DNA from: Octopus bimaculoides
Taxonomy: Eukaryota
Direction: 5' to 3'
Length of the DNA stretch: 64,000 bases
Assembly (NCBI RefSeq): GCF_001194135.2
Contig: NC_068990.1
Span: 69,119,720-69,183,719 of the forward strand
Made by a program: the position numbers and the translations under genes. Numbering within the stretch: the stretch's first letter is position 1; every line of letters begins with the position of its first letter. Below the pieces are notes generated by a model. The model worked only from the letters and a program-made list of their open reading frames with translations, ran no database searches and was not told the DNA's origin. Shown piece by piece: positions 36,574-51,460 of this stretch.

Positions 36574-36755
36574 GCCTCGCATTACAACGAAACGCTTCAG
36601 GATAGCGATTTTTTCTCGATAAAATCTAATTTATAACTCGCTCTAATAGCTCGAAGCATAGAACTAGAAATAAAACCCTGAAAATTTTATGGCTCAGCCT
36701 TAATGTAGAGACCAGCTGAGCTAAAGAATTCCTTAATTTAATCTTTCCGCACTTA
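36574..36755 (+). mobile_element. Penelope-like element fragment (region between RT and GIY-YIG), highly decayed
   Basis: ASHYNETLQDS...RTRNKTLKILWLSLNVETS*AKEFLNLIFPHL resembles the PLE motif KRKxIWFNPPxSxNVxTNIGKxFLxLIxKHF. Confidence 0.45.
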
Positions 36756-37805
36756 CGTAGGAGGGCAGTGATATGGTAAATTGCTTAACAGAATCTCTGA
36801 CACTGTTATTTATTCTTCTTGTAAAAATTCTTTGCTTCTTCTTATAAACCAATTGTATACCAAAATATCTTTGAAGTCAATAATAATGTTCGATATCCTA
36901 CCGGTAATTGTGTGGTTCCAACCAGCTGTCACCTAGCTAGTAATTGCTTGGTCAAACTTGTACACTGTGAGAATAGAGATAGACAACAGTCCTATATTTG
37001 AAGATATATTCTGAATTTGTAGAGAATAAATCTAAGAAGCTAATTCAGGAATCCTTTTAAAATCCTGGATAAAAGGTTGTCTATGGATTTCTCCAAGTAT
37101 ATTTGATTACTGAAAAAAAATTTCCTCACTACTTACTGTTATACATTGATCTATAAAAGATCGTGTCAGTCCATACAGACACAGAGCCTATCCCGATCCT
37201 ATAGAATGCGCTTTGTGCTTTAACGAGTAATTCCTTTTATTCCGGAACGTTGAAGATTTGAATAAATGAGATGACTTATTAAATTTTTGCAGGCATTCCT
37301 TGAGATTCCTGCTGTGTAACCTATTATCAAGTAGTTGATGAAGTATATTGAAGACGTTCTAACTGTCCATACTAAAACGAATTGCATCTTAAATACTATT
37401 TGTTTTTATTTTTATCTGCTGCCTGCTTTTTCATAATGTTTATTGTCTCTCTATTGACTGCTTTTTATATCCATATTCAAATACTTTTGTTTCCTTCACT
37501 ATCGCGAAATCATTTTTCTATTTCGTCGAATTTTCCTGTCATCAGCTGGTTTTAATTTTCCAGGCTAGAAGAACTATTTTCGCCACTGTGTCTTATTATA
37601 GTTGTCTCCCTCGTACTTGTTCCACTACAAAGCATTAATCGAAATTTTTACCGATTTCTTTGAATTTTTACATCGTTTTCACTCAATTTCTTTTTGAAAA
37701 ATTATTAAATAATATCCTTACATATCTCTGAGATATGCATTTTCAAAGTCTTTCGAGGCATAAGTATTTACGTATAAACATTCATGCTCCCCGATCCCCA
37801 CATGC

Positions 37806-37850
<45 letters not shown>

Positions 37851-38360
37851 NNNNNNNNNNNNNNNNNNNNNNNNNNNNNNNNNNNNNNNNNNNNNNNNNN
37901 NNNNNNNNNNNNNNNNNNNNNNNNNNNNNNNNNNNNNNNNNNNNNNNNNNNNNNNNNNNNNNNNNNNNNNNNNNNNNNNNNNNNNNNNNNNNNNNNNNNN
38001 NNNNNNNNNNNNNNNNNNNNNNNNNNNNNNNNNNNNNNNNNNNNNNNNNNNNNNNNNNNNNNNNNNNNNNNNNNNNNNNNNNNNNNNNNNNNNNNNNNNN
38101 NNNNNNNNNNNNNNNNNNNNNNNNNNNNNNNNNNNNNNNNNNNNNNNNNNNNNNNNNNNNNNNNNNNNNNNNNNNNNNNNNNNNNNNNNNNNNNNNNNNN
38201 NNNNNNNNNNNNNNNNNNNNNNNNNNNNNNNNNNNNNNNNNNNNNNNNNNNNNNNNNNNNNNNNNNNNNNNNNNNNNNNNNNNNNNNNNNNNNNNNNNNN
38301 NNNNNNNNNNNNNNNNNNNNNNNNNNNNNNNNNNNNNNNNNNNNNNNNNNNNNNNNNNNN

Positions 38361-38423
<63 letters not shown>

Positions 38424-38794
38424 GTGTAACGTAGTAGTTTAGAAAAAGATCATTGGTTTCATATCTAGTGTGAACTAGACATCTCTTCGGTTTTTCTAAA
38501 CGATAACCGTCCTCTGCAAAGAATGATTTTTAAACACAAGGACGCTGGTGATAGTTCAAGGAATATTCCTCTTAACAAATCATGGCCGGGCGAGTTGTCT
38601 TCATTCGCTTGGTAGCTAGGTTTTCCAATTTTGATGCAAAAATTTCCGAAAATGTGAACAACTCCCCACGGCTTCCGTCCTAGTATTCAGGTAGCCTCTT
38701 GGCTCATGTGAGTTCATAAGAATAATATATCTTTCTGCCATACACAGTTCGTCTCAAACCAATGTAACACTTCGATTGTGTTACGCCATCAAGA

Positions 38795-38905
38795 GAAAAC
38801 TGAGCATGTGTGTTCGTCTGTATGTATGTACGTGTGCATCACTAAAACTCGAGAACTACCCAACCGATTTCATTCAACTTTTACACATGCCTTACTTAGG
38901 GTCAG
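38795..38905 (+). mobile_element. Possible non-autonomous Helitron/DINE-1-like fragment
   Basis: GTCTGTATGTATGTACG followed by CTCGAGAACTACCCAACCGATTTCATTCAACTTTTACAC. This microsatellite plus AACCGATTT arrangement is typical of DINE-1-like elements. Termini not found. Confidence 0.35.
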
Positions 38906-39117
38906 CTTTTTGCCCAATGCGAGCCAGGAGCAATCTCTTATCTTTTACACTATTTCAGTATTACGTGCCACATGTGAAACAATAGCATCTCTATTCTAAT
39001 GTGAGATAATACTTTCAGTTTTAATAGTTTCACTATTAATGTTGAAATTATTATCTCACATATATACATATATATACACAGACACACAGACACACACGCA
39101 CGCACACACACACACAC

Positions 39118-39167
<50 letters not shown>

Positions 39168-39668
39168 GTGCATATACATATATATATATGCATGTATATA
39201 TGTGTATATATACATCTGCACGTATATATATATATAGGAGTATATATATATAGATGTATATGTATACATGTATATTATATGTAAAAAGGTATATGTATAT
39301 ATGTGTATATATATACAGAGGTATATATATAGATATATATATGTATAAAATCAAAATAAGCAACAAGGATATCCAGAGGTAATACAGTACGATCGTTTAA
39401 AGCAACTCCATTTAATTGAACATTGCAATCATTACATCAATTTAAATGCAGAGCAATTCTCAGCTGTATAAAGACATAGAATTAAATTAAATAAAAACAT
39501 ATGGACACGTTAGTATAATTTTACCTAAAATCTCCAAGAAGGTAAGGGGATAGACAAAGAACATGCTGTCTTCACTTCAGCGTCGAAGCTACTCTTTTGA
39601 TACATATGTATATATATGTATACATGTATGTATATATATGCATATATATTTATATATATATATGTATG

Positions 39669-39718
<50 letters not shown>

Positions 39719-40546
39719 NNNNNNNNNNNNNNNNNNNNNNNNNNNNNNNNNNNNNNNNNNNNNNNNNNNNNNNNNNNNNNNNNNNNNNNNNNNNNNNNNN
39801 NNNNNNNNNNNNNNNNNNNNNNNNNNNNNNNNNNNNNNNNNNNNNNNNNNNNNNNNNNNNNNNNNNNNNNNNNNNNNNNNNNNNNNNNNNNNNNNNNNNN
39901 NNNNNNNNNNNNNNNNNNNNNNNNNNNNNNNNNNNNNNNNNNNNNNNNNNNNNNNNNNNNNNNNNNNNNNNNNNNNNNNNNNNNNNNNNNNNNNNNNNNN
40001 NNNNTGTGTATATGTCTTTATGTATGCATGTTTGTTTTCACACAGTTATATATATGTGTGTGTGTGTGTGTATATGGAAAAGCATGATGAGGAATTCGAC
40101 AATTGTACATCTATATTAAAATTTCCCCAGCGTAAAAAAGTTCCAACATATGTTTCTCTTGTATAAACGTCTTAGGGTCCTTAGATGTGATAGTTCTCCT
40201 CACCTAATCGATTTCTATTAAATCAATTAAAGCAAAAATTTCTACCCAAAGCCTTACATTCTTATGCAACTTTTTCAAGGTCTTCCTTATACAGGAAAAA
40301 TTTGTATAAGAATATCAATCTTATATTTTGAATTACTTCACTGATATTGGTTTAGTCAGACTTCTTAGCTTTTATACATTGCACACAATACAGAATACAG
40401 ATTTTGTAGAATTTCTCTGTTTTATATACTTTCTCTCCCGCGGTCAGAGGTCGTTTTTGACTCTTGTGCCAACTAACTACATCAGAGGTCCAAATGAAAG
40501 TGGTGCAAAATATAAATATGAATATGTATACACACACACACACGCG

Positions 40547-40882
<336 letters not shown>

Positions 40883-41562
40883 ACACAATGTATGTATATA
40901 AGTATATATGCCGACATACGTATATATGTATGTTTAAATACATATTCGCACAATCACAGACACACACACTCACACACGCACACACATATGTATATATACA
41001 TGCTAAATACATGCATGCATGAATACATACGTTCATGCATACTCGCGTACAAATTAATACGGAGACTAAAACCCAAATTTCAGTTTCAACGTGTGTACAC
41101 ACACAAACACACCCATACACACACACACACATACCATCGCACACACACACACACACATACATATATATATATCTATGAGTATGCATGTGAAAATCTCGGT
41201 ATGTATAAACGTGTGTATATATATATGTATGGTTTTTTGTGTCTGTGTGTGTATACGTATATACACGTATATATAGTTGCATACACCCATAAATATATTT
41301 ATGTACACACACACACATACATGCACAAACACACTCACACACACTCACATGCACACACACACACACACATATATATACATGGTTCTATTGGACATACAAT
41401 TCCATTGTATTCCGTCTATTTTTACTCATTCTTATCGATTATTTTCAAACCTATATTTTCTTCAATGCCTTATATTTCGATCAAATAAAGAGTTTATATA
41501 TTTTTTTAATGAATTTTCTCTATAACTTTATCTTCCTTTATGTATTTGCTCAAGAAACCTCT

Positions 41563-41623
41563 TCTTCTTCTTCTTCTTCTTCTTCTTCTTCTTCTTCTTC
41601 TTCTTCTTCTTCTTCTTTTTCTT

Positions 41624-41656
<33 letters not shown>

Positions 41657-41748
41657 ACTACTACTACTGCTGCTGCTACTTCTGCTGCTGCTTCTTCTGC
41701 TGCTTACAATAATAATAATAATAATAATAATAAAATAACAACAACAAC

Positions 41749-41794
<46 letters not shown>
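41563..41794 (+). repeat. Compound (CTT)n(CTA)n(CTG)n(TAA)n array
   Basis: Direct reading. Confidence 0.95.
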
Positions 41795-41799
41795 GAAGA

Positions 41800-42078
41800 A
41801 GAAGTAGGTGAAGATAGTGCCAATTACTGTTGAGTCCTTAGGGACAGTATCAGAAGGCATCAAGAGGAACATAAAGGAAATCAGAATAGAATGTCCAGTA
41901 CAACTGTTTCAAAAGATTTGCCTCCTTGGTACGGCTAGAATAATCAGGAAAGTATTAGATAACTAAAATTAACAGATAGTATGGCATCGTAGGTTGCAGG
42001 CAGTAAGCCCCGTTACACATGGCGAGACTTCAGGGGTTATAGCAAAACCTGAGGTATAAGGAAGAGATAATAATAATA
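41800..42078 (+). mobile_element. 3' end of an R4/Dong-like RLE-endonuclease LINE, bounded by (TAA)n
   Basis: 41808-41966 reads VKIVPITVESLGTVSEGIKRNIKEIRIECPVQLFQKICLLGTARIIRKVLDN*, matching the C-terminal VVPIVxGxLG...QKxxLLGTARIxRKVL motif of R4/Dong-type elements. Short 3' UTR, then TAATAATAATA. Confidence 0.8.
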
Positions 42079-42080
42079 GC

Positions 42081-42283
42081 TGCAAATTTTGACACAAGGT
42101 CAGCAATTTCGATGGAGGGTACAAGTCGATTACATCGTCCCCAGTGTTCAGTTGGCGCTTATTTTATCATCCCCGAAAGAATGAAAGGTAAAGTCGACTT
42201 CGGCTGAATTTGAACTCAGAACATAATGTCGGACGAAATGCTGCTAAGCATTTTGACTGACGCAGTAACGATTCTGCCAGCTG
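42081..42283 (-). mobile_element. SINE family A
   Basis: AGTCGATTACATCG..CCCAG..TTATTTTATC..GAAAGGTAAAGTCGAC..ATTTGAACTCAGAAC..CTAAGCATTT..AACGATTCTGCCAGC. Confidence 0.88.
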
Positions 42284-42534
42284 ATAATAATTAAAATAAT
42301 CCTTCCTGCTACAGATACAAGGTCTGAAATTTTCGAGGGAGGGGGTTAGTCGATTACATCGGCCCAGTCCTATGATTACTACTACTCACCCTACCCCTTC
42401 ATCTATATCGCTTCTTTTCTCATCTGCATCAGCCCTCAGATGCTACACTTACTCCTTTCACTTTTGCTCCTTCTCCTCCACCTCCTTTTAATTTATCTTC
42501 TCCTACTATCTCTTCTCCCCTCCTCCTCCAACTC

Positions 42535-42595
42535 CTTCTTATTCTTATTCTTATTCTTATTCTTATTCTTATTCTTTTTCTTCTTCTTCTTCTTC

Positions 42596-42662
<67 letters not shown>

Positions 42663-42684
42663 CATTATTATTGTTATTATTATT
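42535..42684 (+). repeat. (TTCTTA)n(CTT)n(TTA)n compound microsatellite
   Basis: Direct reading. Confidence 0.9.
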
Positions 42685-43277
42685 GAGTGAGAGAGCAGAA
42701 CATGCCATCAAAGTGACACTGGAGTAAAATATACGAAACCCATCATGACTACCCGTCTGATAAGAGTACACCAGGCACATGCAGCACAACCACATGTGCG
42801 TGACATGGTGATCTCATATCAAGATAAACAGCGCATGACCTTGCAGGTGGGGCCCAGTTAGGACTTTCTTCAGGTTGAGTAGCCCATCCCACTCAAATGG
42901 CCCTTGAATAAGGATTGTTTAAGGATGTTGAATGAAATACTCATGTTTCTAGAGGTGAATTATTCAAACCCCAACGAATTCCTTTCAACACATGGCTATG
43001 ATGTTCCCCAACTACCTCTGCTCGCGATCAGAGATGCACATATCACCAGCCACTAAGGGATATGTTCAATTGGTTAAAGTCAAACAAGTGACAAGCAAAT
43101 CTGTGGTATTGAGCAGAATATTTGCTGTAGCCCATCTTTTATGGCAAGACAAAACAATGTACATGATAACACNNNNNNNNNNCTTTTATGGCAAGACAAA
43201 ACAATGTACATGATAACACTTCCAATCAGTTAAGATCAGAAGCCATGAGAGCCAGTGCCTGGTACTGCATCAAGGCA
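42685..43277. mobile_element. Unclassified ~550-590-bp dispersed repeat, copy 1
   Basis: End-to-end reverse-complement similarity to 52234-52774. Flanked by (TTA)n and (TTG)n. Includes a 37-bp gap-edge duplication. Confidence 0.85.
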
Positions 43278-43290
43278 TTTGTTGTTGTTC

Positions 43291-43322
<32 letters not shown>

Positions 43323-44782
43323 ATTGTTACTGTTTCGGAGAACTTTCGGGCCTGGATCCAAACAATCAAAAGGGTGAGTAGTCAGGTAGGAAAAGGATGG
43401 GGGGTTTAAAAACTGGATGGTCACATGGTACCTTTAAGGGAGAGGAGAGAAAGAGCGCGTGATAAAGAATAGAGAGAAATAGGAAAGAGAGAGCGTGAGT
43501 AAAGGGTCGGAGAAGGAGAAGAAAGGAGCAAAATAGACCAAATGAAAAAGGAAGAGAGAGATCGCTAGAGAAGAACAGATACGAAGAAAGAGGGAGTATG
43601 GAAAAAGAAAGAGGAAAGGATAATAGGCAATTAATAGTTAGCGTATCAGAGGGAAATGTAAATAGAGGGAAAGGTAGATAAATAGAAAGAAATTTGGATA
43701 GAGTTAGAAGGATATATGGATAAGAAGATATGGAAAAGAGAAGGGAAGTTGTGCAAAACAAGAAAAGAAGAAGATAGAAAGAGGGAACGGAAAAATAGGG
43801 AGGTATGGTGATGAAAAATAGAAAACAGATAGTAAATAGTATGAAGTTCTTACAATTTAGAATGAAAACCGTTATGTTGGGAACCACTGTGAGTGGTGGT
43901 GAGAAAGAATATGCGTGTCATTACATTAATTGATAACAGAAAAATGTTGCACGGAAAGACGGTAAGGAAACATGGAAAACAGAAAAAGGACGTGAACATG
44001 CTCACCCTTCGTTAGTTATCAATCAAAAGTCATCATAATTTCGACGCCTTATTGATAATATTTTTCAGTTTGGTAGCATCAACAGCGAAATGCTGCAGGG
44101 GTACAAATGAAGGAAGATAAAGGACAGAACGAGACAATGGTAAATTGGAGAAGGTATTGGGAAGATTGGGAAAGTGTATAAAAATGAAAAGGTTCAAGCA
44201 ATAACGAAAATATAAATATGTAATAAACGACACATACTTTTGAATATACACTGGAGGCCTTTCGGCTGTGTTAATGCGTGTGTCTATAAACGTATGCATG
44301 TGTGCATTTCTGTATTTATATGTATGAATTCAGACAGAGAGGGGAGAAAGAAAGAGATACACATATGTATGCGAATGCGTTCTACCTACCATCAAAAGGG
44401 CTTTTTCAGTTTCAACGATTGTTTCGCCATACACGCACCGGAGGATGGATTTCATCCACCAGTATCTCACCAAATATCTCAAACTTAAGTCATTTCCTTC
44501 TTGAGACTCAGCACCTTAAGGTCTGTATTTACCATTCCATCTCATGTCTTCATACATCGCCCCCTACCACGCCTTCTATCGATCTTAAATTCTCTCTGCT
44601 TTATACAAATTCTAATGCCATTTAATGTCCATATTAGTGCAGTCTTCTCTCTCATACACGACATCGGATGTCTCTAACATCCGATTTCTCTCGCAGCTCT
44701 GTTGTTCATTCACATTTGCATTATACATCCGGATCAAGCATTCAAATTCCATGCTTCACTACTATGTAGCATTGCAGCCTCG

Positions 44783-44824
<42 letters not shown>

Positions 44825-44834
44825 TATATGGGCA

Positions 44835-44912
<78 letters not shown>

Positions 44913-45004
44913 GTGACAACAAAAGGATGAGTACTAGTATGACAACTTACTGATTGTCCTAAATTATACATATACATACATACATATATATATATACATA
45001 CATA

Positions 45005-45036
<32 letters not shown>

Positions 45037-47890
45037 NNNNNNNNNNNNNNNNNNNNNNNNNNNNNNNNNNNNNNNNNNNNNNNNNNNNNNNNNNNNNNNN
45101 NNNNNNNNNNNNNNNNNNNNNNNNNNNNNNNNNNNNNNNNNNNNNNNNNNNNNNNNNNNNNNNNNNNNNNNNNNNNNNNNNNNNNNNNNNNNNNNNNNNN
45201 NNNNNNNNNNNNNNNNNNNNNNNNNNNNNNNNNNNNNNNNNNNNNNNNNNNNNNNNNNNNNNNNNNNNNNNNNNNNNNNNNNNNNNNNNNNNNNNNNNNN
45301 NNNNNNNNNNNNNNNNNNNNNNNNNNNNNNATATATATATATATTGGTATACTCTAATCTTAAAAAGTAATGACAATTCAATTAATTATAGAGAACAAGT
45401 ACATCCGTTCAAATGAAATTAAATATTAAAACATTTCTTACTTTTGAAAATGTGTTGTATTAGATCTATCACGGCATATTAGAACACTAAAACGAAAGCA
45501 AATATCTCCTACGATCACTCATTCACTTTCTCTTCCCCTCTCTCTCATTCTCTTGTTCTCTCCTTATTTGTTGTTTGACAACCTCTTACTTCAACAGTAT
45601 CACTATATTACATAACATAGTGATAGTGCTGGACATAGTGATAACAAACACACAAATAATATTTTTCACCATTATTCATTTATATATAGAAAGAGCTAGA
45701 CATCATCTATGCTCCAACATGGCTATCTATATTACAAGTACGAAAGCTATAACACTGACATTTGTCAACCGTACAGAAGTTCTAGCAGGTGGCAGGCAAT
45801 AAATCAGACTCCCTTATCAGAATCTCACAAAGACATTGCAACTCCAAAACTATAATATTCCGTTCAGTTGGTAATCAACAAAATACAACAGATGAGTTTC
45901 TTCTCAAGTAATACATGGTTACTTTGTACAGCATGTGACATCAATGATAATACGAACCAACAAGCAAACATCTACATTGTCAGTCAAACTGCAAGAGATG
46001 ATAGCCAAATCTTCCTCTTCCATGAACTACTACCATCGTAAAAATGGAAGACGGATGCGTTGGATAATGTAATTCAAGGTAGACAAAAAAATGGGTTGGT
46101 TACGGCTAGAATGTTTAGTCACAGTTAATCGTAGGTTAAACCTAAACCAGGGTAGACAAACTTCTTGAATCATTGAGCCCGTCATGGAATCGTTGATACC
46201 TTATCGATCCCAATCATGTATAGTTCTAAAATGAAAATAAAAAGTATTTTTAATAAAAAAAAATTTCTTAGTTTAGAAACAATGATTCCTTCGTTTTTGT
46301 GACCTTACTTTTATTTAATAAAGAATATCTTTTTTTAATTAATGAAAATACTTAACAAAATGGATACAGGACAATATAAATTCAGTCATATTGATATAGT
46401 TGGAATATTTAATATGAAATACGTGTTTAGTGAGTACTAGTTAATATTACATCGGTATCGGGTTGGAAATTAGTGCGTTTTAAGCCTTAAATTATCGCAG
46501 CTCTCCCAGATTCAGTTTGCTACTTAATTCAACATCCTTAATATTCAAAATAATTTCAGGTGCTTGTTGGGTCCTTTCATAGCCATAAAGACACCAATCC
46601 ATGGCAAATATTGAACACTTTGCCAATGTCTGGTTTAAACATAATACATTAAAATTTTCTAATTGATGCACTGCATCATAAACGTGTTTGATTGAGGCCA
46701 CTATCGGAATTATTAATTCTAGCTCTTAAATCTTTGTTTTATCGTCGAATCTGGGATTGAAGACAAATCTACCCCGGAATTAGCGTTCATCGTTCATAAC
46801 TCTGAAAATGACTAGATTAGCAGCTTTACTCCTTTTGGAGATCCTGACGTGATTTAGTAGGCCAATATTGGCATAAAACTCACAGTTACAGCTGGTGGGG
46901 GGGAGGCACGTCATAGCAGAATCAGGACTCTTGGCTTTCTTGTAGCCCTCTTCTCTTTAGTTTCTCTGATTGTTTATGATTTGGGGTGCCATACTCCACA
47001 GTACACAGCACTATGCAACTGTGAGCAATTTTGAGGAAGATATTCCCAAGTAAACTAGTCTTAGTTATCTCTTTCATGGTCGCCTTGTAATATTTTAATT
47101 CAGAATGCAAAGGGACGTAAAAGGTCATAAGTAAATACCGCAACTTTTTTCATTTTATTTTTCATTTTATCTAGTTTCAGCTCATGAGCTGTGGCCATGC
47201 TGGGGCACCACTATTCAATTTTTTTTTTCTTTTGGTCTGGCACTCTACTCTTTGTGCAATTGCTTATTCTTATAATCAGCGAACTTAATTAAGGAGAGCA
47301 GACAAGCAACGCCAAATATCAATAAGACATACATCACTATTAAACAAGTATTGGAAATCATCTTAGTACATTAGAAATGTTCAGAATTTTGGATAGTTTT
47401 TGTATGAGTTTAATAGCATAATAAATCGTAAATAAGTAACTGCAAAATCTTGATGGTTACTAATGAAATATACAGTATCAATAATTATATTTTTGGTATT
47501 AAAAAAAGAAAATAATAAATATTTTCACACTCACATACATACACATATATGCACACAAATATGCACACACACACACACGCACACACACACACACATGAAA
47601 ACACACGAGCATACCCCTACCAAAATACATAAATACGTAAGTGACAACTTATAAGCCAATGAATTAGACACGCCACACACAATCGCGCGCGCGTACGAGC
47701 GCACAATCGTACACAACTCTTACAAACATACACGTATATACACATATACACAAATCCACATGAAAAATGTTCATTTTGTGCAAAAGCTATACTTATATGT
47801 GTGTGCGTGTATGTATGTGTCTGCGTGTGTGCGTGCGCCTGCACGAGTGTGTGTGGGTGTGTGCGTGCGTGCGTGCGTGCCTGCGTGCGT

Positions 47891-47931
<41 letters not shown>

Positions 47932-49026
47932 ATTATTTCGCAGATGGCAATCTCGATTCATACATTATACATTATCAAGAACTAAGTTATTCATGAAAAA
48001 TTTCGGAAATAACTCACTGCTAGCAGCTAGTCCCTCGTTAAACTGATAACATATGCAATCTGACTTGGCATACTAACTATCTCACACTACCCTAACAGCT
48101 TTCGATGTCATCCTAATGTAAACAACATCGTATAATACTAATTATGACTTGTTGCCTGGTTTGTAATTTAGCATAATTCACTTTTACTAATCGCCAACAA
48201 GTCTGAATAGGTAAATTAATGATTTTGGCCATTGCTAGCCTGGCCTGGCCAGGTCAGACACATACAAAAAAATAACTTAATTGTGTTCTCAATGAATATT
48301 ATTTTCGCTGAATTTGCCGAGTAATAGAGGATACTGACCATCATAAAAAACATCTTCGTTGTCGCTTCCAAAATATTCTCAAATCTATAGTAATATTATT
48401 CCGGAGAGGAAAGCCTATTTATAGCTTTGTGATTGGAATCTCATAAAGATTTGCCAAATTTATTCTAGAATTATATGTGTTAAGTGAGAGCCACCCGAGA
48501 AGAAAATATGTTTTGATTTTAATCAGAATAGGAAAATGGACTGTTTTCCCCGATGAAAAATTGGTCTAGTATACAAAGAGCGGGGAAACAGTTTCTTTTT
48601 TCTGTTTTAAAAGGAACCAGTAAATCATTAGTGATTAGATTGTATATATTTTACCAATCCAGTTATGTAATCGATTTTATCGGGTTAATTTTTAGCGATA
48701 TGCATTTTTTAATTGCAATGTTTTCCATAGTTATGTACATGATAAAATTTTCTACTACTGCGAAAAATGCATTTATCGCAGCAAATTTTAAACAGATATT
48801 AATGGTGTTTCAGCCATTGCGGATCTAGTCGAATAATTAAATTCACAACTTTAAACAGGTGGAAATGAAACATTTAATATGTGTTCGGGTAGACGAACTG
48901 ACAGGAACAACATGCAAACACATATATGTAAGTACGCATGCATGTGCAATTGTGTAACTGGCTATCTATCGAGTATACTTATGTGTGAGTGCGCGCGCGC
49001 ATGTGTATGTGTATATACATATATAT

Positions 49027-49199
49027 AGGAATGGCTGTGTGATAAGTAGCTTGCTTACGAACCACATGGTTCTGGGTTCAGTCCTACTGCGTGGCACCTT
49101 GGGCAAGTGTCTTCTACTATAGCCTCGGGCCGACCAAAGCCTTGTGAATGGATTTGGTAGACAGAAACTGAAAGAAGCCCGTCGTATATATATATATAT
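49027..49199 (+). mobile_element. SINE family B, 5' half, ending in (TA)n at a gap
   Basis: ATGGCTGTGTGATAAG..GGGTTCAGTCC..GCACCTTGGGCAAGTGTCTTCTACTATAGCCTCGGGCCGACCAAAGCC..GAAAGAAGCCCGTCG. Confidence 0.9.
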
Positions 49200-50910
49200 N
49201 NNNNNNNNNNNNNNNNNNNNNNNNNNNNNNNNNNNNNNNNNNNNNNNNNNNNNNNNNNNNNNNNNNNNNNNNNNNNNNNNNNNNNNNNNNNNNNNNNNNN
49301 NNNNNNNNNNNNNNNNNNNNNNNNNNNNNNNNNNNNNNNNNNNNNNNNNNNNNNNNNNNNNNNNNNNNNNNNNNNNNNNNNNNNNNNNNNNNNNNNNNNN
49401 NNNNNNNNNNNNNNNNNNNNNNNNNNNNNNNNNNNNNNNNNNNNNNNNNNNNNNNNNNNNNNNNNNNNNNNNNNNNNNNNNNNNNNNNNNNNNNNNNNNN
49501 NNNNNNNNNNNNNNNNNNNNNNNNNNNNNNNNNNNNNNNNNNNNNNNNNNNNNNNNNNNNNNNNNNNNNNNNNNNNNNNNNNNNNNNNNNNNNNNNNNNN
49601 NNNNNNNNNNNNNNNNNNNNNNNNNNNNNNNNNNNNNNNNNNNNNNNNNNNNNNNNNNNNNNNNNNNNNNNNNNNNNNNNNNNNNNNNNNNNNNNNNAAA
49701 AAGAAGTAAAATGCACAATGTATATATATTTTTATGAGATAAAATATTTACATAGTCAACCGGTTTCTCTTTTGTTACCATGGCTAAGAAATTTGTGAAA
49801 ATATTGCAATTTCAAGATATTCATGTCACCCGAAACATATTAAAATAAATATTTCCTCTAATTTAGCGACAAGGATTTGCACAATAACGTCTGATTCAAA
49901 TACACGAAACCTTTGACTTCATGAACCTATAACCACACTAACCGAGAGACACTGTCCACCCTCACTAATAGCTGATGGTATTAAACGCGTGAAGAAAATG
50001 GATATTCAACCACTAATTGAAACCAAACGAAATTATTTAACCCATCTAAAAATACTACCTTACATTTTCACAGAACCCTAGAAACAATGAGGAATAAGTG
50101 AAACGAGTATGTTTCTCAGACGTAAAACAACACTGCATAAGGAATGAATCCGTTTCCAAAGTAAAGACAAATACTATTAAGCAAAACACACAGAGAGATA
50201 TGCGGGAAATTTCCAACCAAATGTCACAGTTTACCCCATTTACCAATTCAATGAAACAACTTCTATACAGCAACGGTTCAGCAAAGAGAATGTGTTTGTT
50301 TGAAAGTCAAACCCACTCTTAACAAACAATGATTAAATTTATCTTACTTGGGGTTTGAAAATCTTCTCCCTATAACTAGAACACAAAAAATCTCTCAAAT
50401 GTCATCATTTCTAAAAATAAACTTGGCATCATTTCTAAAAATATCCAAACGCTTACTGCTGCTGTCCAATTGAATAGGTATAAAAGACAAAAAAGCAGCC
50501 AGTCTGTTACAGTCTGTTACAATCTGTCAGACGAGGCCTAATGAATGCCAATAGGCATGAAAATACGCATTAGCCTTTATATATTTAATTCTCTATATTG
50601 AATACTCAATATTTCATATATTCAATAAGACAGCTAATACTTCATTTCATTTTACCATTTATTTTATAATATATTATATTATATATTATATATTCCATAT
50701 TCTATACCCCACATTAATTTTGCAAGAATATAAATAAAACATAAAAAACAGAGTTGGAACTCTTTTAAATAAAATAATATATTCCTCTATACACGATCAT
50801 ACAAAACCCTTTTTTTGTATTTATTTTTATTCATNNNNNNNNNNNNNNNNNNNNNNNNNNNNNNNNNNNNNNNNNNNNNNNNNNNNNNNNNNNNNNNNNN
50901 NNNNNNNNNN

Positions 50911-50942
<32 letters not shown>

Positions 50943-50968
50943 AATACATACATACATACATACATACA

Positions 50969-50999
<31 letters not shown>

Positions 51000-51187
51000 G
51001 AAACAATAGCATATTGAAAAATATACTTTCGAAATGTTAGCATTCCGTTTGAGGATATTTTTACTTATCCACCCACCCGCCAATTCCAAGGGCCATAACG
51101 CCATAACAATAATTACGATTACTGCCCTTCCTTAACGATTAACCAGACCAGTTCTGCGTTGTACACAAACAAATGTATAATAGTAAT

Positions 51188-51398
51188 TCTTTCTACTGTT
51201 GCACAAGGCCCAGAATCCTGAGGGAGGGAGCTAGTCGATTACATCGATCGCACTGCTCAACTAATATTTATTTTATCAAGCCCGAACGGATGAAAGCCAA
51301 AATCGACCTCGGCAGTATCTGATGTCAGAATATAAAGTCGGAAGTAATACCGCAAATTATCTTGTCTGGCACGGCAATGATTCTGTCAGCTCACCACC

Positions 51399-51400
<2 letters not shown>
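51188..51400 (-). mobile_element. SINE family A, diverged
   Basis: TAGTCGATTACATCGA..GGATGAAAGCCAAAATCGACCTCGGC..TGATTCTGTCAGCTCACCACCTT followed by (TAA)n. Confidence 0.8.

Positions 51401-51458
<58 letters not shown>

Positions 51459-51460
<2 letters not shown>

Noticed and set aside
36790-37740. Minus-strand coding-like decay with faint similarity to piggyBac (YNWF..LQE) or PLE (FQKKL..D.K, PAD)
   Set aside because: The motifs are fragmentary and conflict with each other; the class cannot be assigned by eye.
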